Notes under the pieces: model-generated | Told to the model about the DNA's origin: nothing | Databases searched by the model: none | What the model saw: the letters and a program-made list of their open reading frames with translations, nothing else | NCBI RefSeq assembly: GCF_000020385.1 | Contig: NC_010814.1 | Coordinates: 3,450,001-3,482,000 of the forward strand | Source of the DNA: Trichlorobacter lovleyi SZ | GTDB taxonomy: Bacteria > Desulfobacterota > Desulfuromonadia > Geobacterales > Pseudopelobacteraceae | Length of the DNA: 32,000 nucleotides | Reading direction: 5' to 3' | Position numbers and translations under genes: made by a program | Part shown: positions 26,088-32,000 of the stretch, piece by piece | How positions within the stretch are numbered: position 1 is the stretch's first letter | Layout of the letters: the number at the start of each line of letters is the position of its first letter

Positions 26088-26120
26088 ATCGCCATATCGT
26101 GCTAAAGGAGAAAGCAAATC

Positions 26121-27425
26121 ATGCGTGTGCAACTTGTACCAGCAGGAACCGGTGAACTGACCTATGAAATCAGGAACATCGTCAATGTTGCTGAAAAACT
26201 GCAGAAATGCGGCGTAAGCATCAACTGGGAAAACATCGGTGACCCGATTGTCAAGGGGGAGCAGATCCCGACTTGGATGAAAGAAATCGTTTCAGCTGCG
26301 GTGATGGACAACGAGACCTGGGGCTACTGCCACACCCGCGGCGTGCTTAAGACCCGTGAGTTCATCTGCGCGACCACCAACCAGCGCGGTGGCGCACAGA
26401 TCACCCCGGATGATATCATTTTTTTCAATGGCCTGGGGGATGCCATTGCCAAGCTTTACGGTTGTCTGACCCCTGAAGCCCGTGTCCTGATGCCATCTCC
26501 CTCCTACACCACCCACACGCTGGGTGAAGTCGGGCATGCCAATGCCCCCTCCCTGCATTTCCGGCTTGACCCGGAAAACGGCTGGCGACCCGATCTGGAC
26601 GAACTGCGCAGTCAGGTACAGAACAACCCTTCGGTCTGCGCCATTATGATCATCAATCCTGACAACCCGACCGGTATGGTCTACAGCAAAGAACTGCTCC
26701 AGCAGATCGTGGCCGTCGCCAGGGAGTTCGGCCTCTTCATTATTGCTGATGAAGTCTACAATAACATTGTCTACAACGGTGAGCAGACCGTACCGATCAG
26801 TGATGTGATCGGCGATGTCCCGGCCATCTCCCTGAAAGGTATTTCCAAGGAGTTCCCCTGGCCCGGCTCACGCTGTGGCTGGATTGAGGTCTATAACGGC
26901 GAAAGCGATGAGCAGTTTCGCAAGTACATCAACCTGATTCTGACCAGCAAGATGAACGAAGTCTGCTCCACCACGCTGCCCCAGACCGTCATCCCGGCCA
27001 TTATGCAGCACCCCCAGTACCGGATCTACCTCAAGGAGCGGATCAGCCTGTACGAGAAGTCCAGCAACATCACCTACAACTATCTGAAAGAGGTGCCGGA
27101 ACTGTTGGTCAACCGCACCAACGGTGCTTTCTACATGGCTGTTGCCTTCAGGGAAGAGATGCTGAATAACAAACAGTCACTGCCTATTGAAAATCAGGAA
27201 GTACGTGAGCTGGTGGAATCGCTGGTTAACCAGCCGGGGGTCTCTCCGGATAAGCGTTTTGTGTATTATACGCTGGCAGCTACCGGTATCTGCACCGTGC
27301 CGCTTTCGTCTTTTGCCACCAGCCTGCAGGGCTTCAGGGTTACCCTGCTTGAACGCGACCCGCTTGAGACGGAGCAGATCTACAGAACATTGGCCAGCAA
27401 GATCAAGGAATACCTGGCGTCATAA
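26121..27425 (+). CDS. Class I/II PLP-dependent aminotransferase, AlaA-like (alanine/glutamate-pyruvate aminotransferase subgroup)
   Basis: 434 aa that aligns by eye with E. coli AlaA (YEIRN.V, NIGDP, GYCHTRG, INPDNPTGMVYSKELL, ADEVYN, KGISKEF). AAGGAG lies 10 nt upstream of the ATG. Confidence 0.85.
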   Translation: MRVQLVPAGTGELTYEIRNIVNVAEKLQKCGVSINWENIGDPIVKGEQIPTWMKEIVSAAVMDNETWGYCHTRGVLKTREFICATTNQRGGAQITPDDIIFFNGLGDAIAKLYGCLTPEARVLMPSPSYTTHTLGEVGHANAPSLHFRLDPENGWRPDLDELRSQVQNNPSVCAIMIINPDNPTGMVYSKELLQQIVAVAREFGLFIIADEVYNNIVYNGEQTVPISDVIGDVPAISLKGISKEFPWPGSRCGWIEVYNGESDEQFRKYINLILTSKMNEVCSTTLPQTVIPAIMQHPQYRIYLKERISLYEKSSNITYNYLKEVPELLVNRTNGAFYMAVAFREEMLNNKQSLPIENQEVRELVESLVNQPGVSPDKRFVYYTLAATGICTVPLSSFATSLQGFRVTLLERDPLETEQIYRTLASKIKEYLAS

Positions 27426-27431
27426 ACACGC

Positions 27432-27462
27432 AAGGGGAGGCCTCACAGGCCTCCCCTTTTTT
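27432..27462. terminator. Terminator between the convergent aminotransferase and 139-aa genes
   Basis: 11-bp stem (aaggggaggcc 27432-27442 with ggcctcccctt 27448-27458), loop tcaca, and a T-run extending to 27462 on the plus strand. It is weaker in the minus direction. Confidence 0.8.
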
Positions 27463-27471
27463 AGTGCTCGC

Positions 27472-27891
27472 TCAGCGATGTCGCTGGGATGTTTTTTTAT
27501 GGTGTTTCAGTAGCTGCTGCTGTTTTATAACCCCAACCGGCAGCCGGAGGCTTTGTCTGATCTGTTGCGCCCGTTCCTCGACAGCCTGACGTTTCCGTTC
27601 TCGTTCTGCCTGCCGCGCCTCGAGCTCCTGCCTGATTTTCAGTTGTCGCCGGTATTCACGCTCCTGCCTCTTCTGATCCTCCTGCAACGCCTTGTTCATG
27701 GTATCGCCCATGATCAGCACCAACACCAGTGCAATCATCCCCCAAAAGACGTAGGCCTGAGGAAAGACAAACAGGATTTCGTTCAAGGCAAGCAGGCAGG
27801 CCTTCAGTATCCCCACAAACAGCTCCAGGCATAACAGGAAGAGCTCTTTGGCTGCAGCACAGAAATCGACCAGAAACTCAAATACTGACAT
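27472..27891 (-). CDS. Hypothetical 139-aa protein: hydrophobic N-terminal half plus highly charged coiled-coil-like C-terminus
   Basis: The ORF has GAGAGGG 5 nt before the ATG, a TM-like segment (VFWGMIALVLVLIMG) and a charged tail (QEDQKRQEREYRRQLKIRQELEARQAERERKRQAVEERAQQ). I do not recognise a family. Confidence 0.5.
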   Translation of the reverse strand: MSVFEFLVDFCAAAKELFLLCLELFVGILKACLLALNEILFVFPQAYVFWGMIALVLVLIMGDTMNKALQEDQKRQEREYRRQLKIRQELEARQAERERKRQAVEERAQQIRQSLRLPVGVIKQQQLLKHHKKTSQRHR

Positions 27892-27980
27892 GCAGGCCCT
27901 CTCTTGAGCGTTCCCCCGGCGTCCTCTCAGCCGGGCAGCTCTCCTTGATCAAGCAACGGCACACACACAGCAAAGTCATG

Positions 27981-28014
27981 CAAAACAGAAAAGCCCGCGA
28001 ATCATCGCGGGCTT
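27981..28014 (-). terminator. Rho-independent terminator after tRNA-Glu
   Basis: On the minus strand, stem AAGCCCGCGA, loop TGAT, stem TCGCGGGCTT (27991-28014), followed by TTCTGTTTTG. Confidence 0.75.
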
Positions 28015-28048
28015 CTGTGCTCAACCGGACAGTGTCCGGGATTTAGTT

Positions 28049-28126
28049 TGGCGTCCCCAGCCGGATTTGAACCGGCGTCGCCGCCGTGAAAGGGCGGTGT
28101 CCTGGGCCGGGCTAGACGATGGGGAC
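28049..28126 (-). tRNA. tRNA-Glu (anticodon UUC), CCA encoded
   Basis: Folded by hand from the reverse complement. Acceptor stem GTCCCCA/TGGGGAC; anticodon arm CCGCC-CTTTCAC-GGCGG; T arm GCCGG-TTCAAAT-CCGGC; discriminator G followed by CCA. Confidence 0.93.
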
Positions 28127-28132
28127 GCATGA

Positions 28133-28208
28133 TGGTGAGCCGCGTTGGGATCGAACCAACGACCACCTGATTAAAAGTCAGGTGCTCTACCATCTGAGCT
28201 AGCGGCTC
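28133..28208 (-). tRNA. tRNA-Lys (anticodon UUU), CCA encoded
   Basis: Folded from the reverse complement. Acceptor stem GAGCCGC/GCGGCTC; D arm GCTC...GAGC; anticodon arm CCTGA-CTTTTAA-TCAGG; T arm GTTGG-TTCGATC-CCAAC; discriminator A followed by CCA. Confidence 0.93.
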
Positions 28209-28220
28209 AAAGGAATCTCT

Positions 28221-28249
28221 ATTTACAACAGAAAGCGTGACGATGTCAA
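28221..28249 (-). promoter_or_regulatory. Sigma70-type promoter (TTGACA-N17-GTAAAT) for the tRNA-Lys/tRNA-Glu operon
   Basis: On the minus strand, TTGACA is the complement of 28244-28249 and GTAAAT is the complement of 28221-28226. An A/T-rich UP-like tract (AAAAAAATA) lies just upstream. The -10 hexamer ends 12 nt before the mature tRNA-Lys 5' end. Confidence 0.55.
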
Positions 28250-28256
28250 TATTTTT

Positions 28257-29549
28257 TTATTCACCAAACGGATTTTTTATCATCATGGTCTGATCGCGAC
28301 GGGGACCAACCGAGACCATCACGATCGGACACCCCGCCAACTCTTCCAAACGCCTGACATATTTCTTAGCATTTTCAGGCAGTTGATCATATGAACGGAC
28401 GCCGGTAATATCAACCTTCCAGCCCGGCAACTCTTCATAGACCGGCTCACAATTTTCAAAGGTTTCCAGCTTTGCCGGCAGGGTTTCAAGCTCCTGACCT
28501 TCAAAGCGATACCCGGTGCAAACTTTAATTGTCTCAAAATCGCTGAGCACATCCAGCTTGGTCAGGGCAATACCGGTCAGGCCATTAATACGCACCGCAT
28601 AACGGATCACCATGGCATCGAACCAGCCGCAACGACGGGGACGCCCCGTTGTTGCACCAAACTCACCGCCAACCTGGCGCAATTTTTCACCGGTTTCATC
28701 CAGCAGCTCCGTAGGGAACGGGCCACTGCCCACGCGGGTCACGTATGCCTTTGAAATCCCCACCACCTCATGGATTTCGCGGGGAGAAACACCGGTACCG
28801 GTTGCAGCACCACCGGCACAGGTAGAAGAGGAGGTAACAAACGGATAGGTACCATGATCAACGTCCAGCAGGGTGCCCTGGGCCCCTTCAAAAAGCAGCT
28901 TTTTACCGGCAGCAACTGATTTTGACAGCACCAAAGAGGTATCAGCCATATACTTTTTCAGAATTTCGGCAAAATCCTGATAGGTACGATAAATCTCATT
29001 ATACCCCAGAGGCTCTTCACCGAGCCGCTCCAGGATGGCATTTTTCTCTTCAAGGTTCTCACGCAGTTTACGACTGAACGCCACCGGATCAATCAAGTCC
29101 ATCAACCGGATACCACGGCGACCGATCTTGTCTTCATAGCACGGCCCGATGCCACGGCCAGTGGTGCCGATCTTCTTATCACCGCTCTTGGCTTCACGGG
29201 CAATATCGATCGCCTTGTGGTACGGCATGATGATATGCAGCGATTCCGAAAGCAGCAGAGTACTGTCATCTTCAAGGCGACCGGCGGCCTTCAGGCGGTT
29301 GACCTCCATGATAAACACCTCAGGATCAAGCACCACACCGTTACCGATTACACAACGCTTGCCGGCATGCAGCACCCCTGAAGGGATCAGGTGCAACACC
29401 ACTTTCTCTTCGCCAACCACCAGTGTATGCCCGGCGTTGTTCCCGCCCTGATAACGGACAATCTCGTCTGCATACTCGGTATAGATATCAACGACCTTGC
29501 CCTTACCCTCATCGCCCCACTGGGCACCAACCACCACTACGTTTGCCAT
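28257..29549 (-). CDS. purA: Adenylosuccinate synthase
   Basis: MANVVVVGAQWGDEGKGKVVD... is the canonical PurA N-terminus, and GGNNAGHT, TTGRGIGP and TTGRPRRCGW are present. I place the start at the ATG at 29549; the track's N-terminal extension is rejected. Confidence 0.97.
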   Translation of the reverse strand: MANVVVVGAQWGDEGKGKVVDIYTEYADEIVRYQGGNNAGHTLVVGEEKVVLHLIPSGVLHAGKRCVIGNGVVLDPEVFIMEVNRLKAAGRLEDDSTLLLSESLHIIMPYHKAIDIAREAKSGDKKIGTTGRGIGPCYEDKIGRRGIRLMDLIDPVAFSRKLRENLEEKNAILERLGEEPLGYNEIYRTYQDFAEILKKYMADTSLVLSKSVAAGKKLLFEGAQGTLLDVDHGTYPFVTSSSTCAGGAATGTGVSPREIHEVVGISKAYVTRVGSGPFPTELLDETGEKLRQVGGEFGATTGRPRRCGWFDAMVIRYAVRINGLTGIALTKLDVLSDFETIKVCTGYRFEGQELETLPAKLETFENCEPVYEELPGWKVDITGVRSYDQLPENAKKYVRRLEELAGCPIVMVSVGPRRDQTMMIKNPFGE

Positions 29550-29571
29550 TGTCCATGTACTCCCGAATTGT

Positions 29572-30861
29572 TTAGCTTCGTGAAGGGAACAGCTGCCAGA
29601 GCTGTTCACGCGTTATGCCTTGCTCTGCTCTATCTGTCGCCTGTATCAGTTGATAGGTCGACTGTGTATCCTGATTGTTGCCGATTACCAGCACAGCCCG
29701 TATCCCGGCCTCTGCAGCGTAGCACAATGACGCATCGAGATCACGCTTGATGATATCACGGGCCACAGCATAGCCACGCTGCCGCAACTCCCGAGAAAGC
29801 TCCAGCGCTTCACTACGGTCGTCAGCACCATTAAAGACCAGCAGATCACGCTGTTCATGCTGCCTTGTCCCCTGCAGCTCAAGTGCCTGCATCAGACTGA
29901 AAAGGTTACAGGTAAAGCCCGTTGCCGGAGCATCAAAGCCATAGCGTCCGATCAGATCGTCGTAGCGTCCGCCACTGAATACGGCCTCGCCAATGCCTGG
30001 CACAAATCCCTCAAAAGTAAGTCCGGTATGATAATCAAGCCCCCGGGTTTCGCCAAGGTCAATTGAAAGGCAATCCTCTACACCGTGCATAGCAAGAATC
30101 TGGACGACTTCCGCAATATTTTGCAAGGCCGCTCGCGAACGTACGTTATGCACCACCCTGGCCGCCTCAACAAGAACCTCGCTCCCGCCAAACAGTCGTG
30201 TCAATGAAATCAGCTCTTGATGCGAATCTGCCGCTACCGGGTAACGCATTAACAACATCTTCACCGCAGAAACATCTTTTAACGATACCGCCTCACGGAC
30301 TAAACGTAACGGCTCACCATGTAGACCAGAAGCAGCGAAGACGCCCTGACAAAAGCCCACTTGTCCCAAGTCGACCTTAAAATCACGCAGCTTGGCAGCC
30401 TTCATGACTTCAACCGCCATAGCCACCATCTCGGCATCTGCCTCAGGTGAGTCCAAGCCGATCAGTTCAACACCAGCCTGCATTATTTCACGGTTTCGAC
30501 CGCTTTGGAGTTCAGCGTGACGTAGCACCCTCCCTGCATAGCTTATCCTGTACGGCAACAGCTGCCCTTTCATTCGTGTGGCAACTATCCGGGCAATTTG
30601 TGGTGTAATGTCAGGCGGTATGGCTAACAATCGCCCCGATTGCCAGTCGTCAAAACGGAAGGTGCGAGAACGTAACCCCTCCCCCATTCCAATGGCAAGC
30701 ACATCTTCAAACTCCAAAGCAGGGGGCAAAATCTGTTGAAATCCCCAAGCTGTTGCCACATGCAGTACCTGCTGCTCAAGCTCAGACAAGCGCGCTGCCC
30801 GACCAGGCAAGTAATCTGCAACCCCACGGGGCAGCGAAGTATCAATAAACGTTGATTCCAA
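29572..30861 (-). CDS. hisZ: ATP phosphoribosyltransferase regulatory subunit (HisRS paralogue) with C-terminal anticodon-binding-like domain
   Basis: LPRGVADYLP..., YAGRVLRHAELQSGRNREIMQAGVELIG (HisZ-like, lacking the HisS FRYE motif) and the conserved hisZ-purA adjacency. The apparent start is the TTG at 30861, with GAAGG 9 nt upstream. There is no nearby in-frame ATG. Confidence 0.75.
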   Translation of the reverse strand: MESTFIDTSLPRGVADYLPGRAARLSELEQQVLHVATAWGFQQILPPALEFEDVLAIGMGEGLRSRTFRFDDWQSGRLLAIPPDITPQIARIVATRMKGQLLPYRISYAGRVLRHAELQSGRNREIMQAGVELIGLDSPEADAEMVAMAVEVMKAAKLRDFKVDLGQVGFCQGVFAASGLHGEPLRLVREAVSLKDVSAVKMLLMRYPVAADSHQELISLTRLFGGSEVLVEAARVVHNVRSRAALQNIAEVVQILAMHGVEDCLSIDLGETRGLDYHTGLTFEGFVPGIGEAVFSGGRYDDLIGRYGFDAPATGFTCNLFSLMQALELQGTRQHEQRDLLVFNGADDRSEALELSRELRQRGYAVARDIIKRDLDASLCYAAEAGIRAVLVIGNNQDTQSTYQLIQATDRAEQGITREQLWQLFPSRS

Positions 30862-30993
30862 TCAGTGTTACCTTCTTGATTTTGCTACATCCAGAGATAT
30901 TTCCGAGTGCGGATAAGGACGCTGGAGTATGCCATAACCACTTATCTGTGTCAAAACAAAGCCTGCCCTTTTACAGCTCACAACCAAGCAGTT

Positions 30994-31039
30994 ATCAGCA
31001 TAAAGGCGGCATGGTATTCCATGCCGCCTTTATGCTGAT
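30994..31039 (-). terminator. Perfect 21-bp inverted repeat with 4-nt loop downstream of the 313-aa gene (terminator or structural element without a U-tract)
   Basis: atcagcataaaggcggcatgg (30994-31014), tatt, ccatgccgcctttatgctgat (31019-31039). It lies 15 nt after the stop at 31054. The flanks are not U-rich on either strand. Confidence 0.45.
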
Positions 31040-31053
31040 CAAAGCCTTATTTA

Positions 31054-32000
31054 TTATTCTACTTTTTTGATTTGCAAGGCACTCGCACCTTTGTTACGCA
31101 TAAGCACATCTTCCCGCTGGGTTAACTGCAGCAGGAGCAGTTCACTCCTCGCCTCATCAAAAGCAAAATCAGGCATGTAACTCTGGGTGTCTTTTGTACG
31201 CCAGACCTCTTCCAGTGCAGCGCCGTTCCAGTACAAACTGTATACCGCACCACGTTTGTACATGCGGGCATTGCCCAGCACCCAGAAACCATCGTTCTTG
31301 CCCACCAAAACTTCCTGTTTGGAGGTTACCAAGATCCTTTGATTCATAAAGAACCAGCGGTATTTATCAGTGGTTGGATTTATCATTGCATCATCCTCCA
31401 CCTTGTAAAACAGTTCTGAGCCACCAAAAGCATCGCTGCTCCGCCACAATTCTTTCTGCTCTTTATCGTAGACAATCAGATAATTTTCATCATGATAGAC
31501 CACAGTAAGAAGCTCGCCACCGGTATTTTTCAGCTGATTAAAGCTATAAATATTCCCAAAGCGCGGCATTGAAATCTTGGCCTTTTTAACGATCTTTTTC
31601 CCCTCAACCATCACTTCATACACGTCACCATAATAGCGGTCAGCTTTACGTCCCTGCTCCTGGGCATACAGCTTGAGCGGCCCGCCAGCCAGAGCAATGG
31701 CGCGGAAGAAATAAGGAATATCCTCTGCCAGCTTGACCAGCCTGTTATTTTTAAGTTCCCAGATCTGTGAAGCAACTTCACCACCCTTCACAACAGTCAC
31801 AAACAGCTTAAATTGACCATTTGAACTTGCATCCAGATAGTCTATCGCCAGGATTTTGTCATTGGGGCCAAGACTAAAACCGGTTATAGGTCGATTTTCA
31901 CCTTCCCGAATCAGCTGTACGGCACGATCCTGCGCCATGAACAACAATCTTTTGCCATTGGTATCAACACCACCCAAGGCCAAAACATTAAACATCCCGT
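31054..32000 (-). CDS. Hypothetical protein, probably 5'-truncated by the window edge; repeat-rich beta-strand-type sequence
   Basis: The frame is open from the stop at 31054 to the window end. The ATG at 31995 may be internal because the upstream codon is not a stop. GC content is visibly lower than in the rest of the window. I do not recognise a family with confidence. Confidence 0.55.
   Translation of the reverse strand, partial: GMFNVLALGGVDTNGKRLLFMAQDRAVQLIREGENRPITGFSLGPNDKILAIDYLDASSNGQFKLFVTVVKGGEVASQIWELKNNRLVKLAEDIPYFFRAIALAGGPLKLYAQEQGRKADRYYGDVYEVMVEGKKIVKKAKISMPRFGNIYSFNQLKNTGGELLTVVYHDENYLIVYDKEQKELWRSSDAFGGSELFYKVEDDAMINPTTDKYRWFFMNQRILVTSKQEVLVGKNDGFWVLGNARMYKRGAVYSLYWNGAALEEVWRTKDTQSYMPDFAFDEARSELLLLQLTQREDVLMRNKGASALQIKKVE

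Noticed and set aside
25925-26155. 76-aa plus-strand ORF spanning the aminotransferase leader (also minus-strand ORFs 25923-26132 and 25799-26038)
   Set aside because: It starts inside the putative -10 element, runs through the terminator hairpin and into the aminotransferase start in another frame, and is Arg/His/Cys/Ser-rich. The 28-codon ORF at 25938-26024 is a more plausible leader, and even that is unproven.
28002-28193. 63-aa minus-strand ORF
   Set aside because: It is a read-through of the tRNA-Lys and tRNA-Glu genes. The peptide GSIPTRLT... is the usual artefact of translating a T-arm.
27892-28256. tRNA-Lys/tRNA-Glu (and tRNA-Ser at 15863-15950) as possible integration hot spots for a mobile element
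   Set aside because: I saw no integrase, no excisionase-like ORF and no direct repeat of the tRNA 3' ends nearby. The flanking genes (purA, serS, MFS transporter) look like core genes.
1-32000. Scan for CRISPR arrays, IS transposases, toxin-antitoxin pairs, retron or DGR-like repeats, and in-frame TGA (selenocysteine) interruptions
   Set aside because: I saw no regularly spaced direct-repeat arrays, no transposase- or integrase-like translations and no split ORFs suggesting recoding. The only dispersed repeats found are the MITE-like element (two copies) and the C/G-run hairpins in the kdpA-kdpB spacer.

Overview
Mostly ordinary chromosomal sequence, and I found no clear self-contained novel system (no defence island, CRISPR array, transposase or integrase). 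The protein sequences resemble Geobacter/Desulfuromonadales-type genes, but that is an impression from memory, not a search result.

Gene content, left to right:
- a truncated DUF1016/YhcG-like gene at the left edge;
- a K+ homeostasis block on the minus strand: kup, then kdpE, kdpD, kdpC, kdpB, kdpA in coordinate order (transcribed kdpA to kdpE);
- an arnD-like deformylase, a DUF4911-like small ORF and a DUF1343/NamZ-like gene, convergent with a capA-family gene;
- serS, tRNA-Ser(UGA) and an MFS transporter;
- a MinD/ParA-like ATPase gene overlapping a gene for a degenerate J-domain plus RodZ-type HTH protein;
- a minus-strand pqiA(half)-pqiA(half)-pqiB-pqiC-cvfB-like operon;
- hemE, a VOC-family gene, a WbuC-like cupin gene and a secreted SH3-like protein gene;
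- an AlaA-like aminotransferase gene and a small membrane/coiled-coil ORF;
- a tRNA-Lys/tRNA-Glu operon, purA, hisZ, and a lower-GC hypothetical gene running off the right edge.

Observations most worth a second look:
1. A possible alanine-codon leader-peptide attenuator in front of the AlaA-like aminotransferase: a 12-bp intrinsic terminator lies 34 nt before the ATG, with a competing helix inside a 28-codon, 10-Ala ORF.
2. A soluble 70-aa ORF with a strong SD, joined to kdpA by an ATGA overlap where kdpF normally sits. A perfect 14-bp palindrome abuts its SD.
3. Two copies of one MITE-like palindromic element. One separates kdpD from kdpE; the other lies in frame at the 5' end of the DUF1343 gene.
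4. Phased CTTGATAC direct repeats over the kup promoter, next to kdpE.
5. The ParA-like / J-like-HTH gene pair.

All functional calls come from reading the translations and from memory of protein families. No searches were run.
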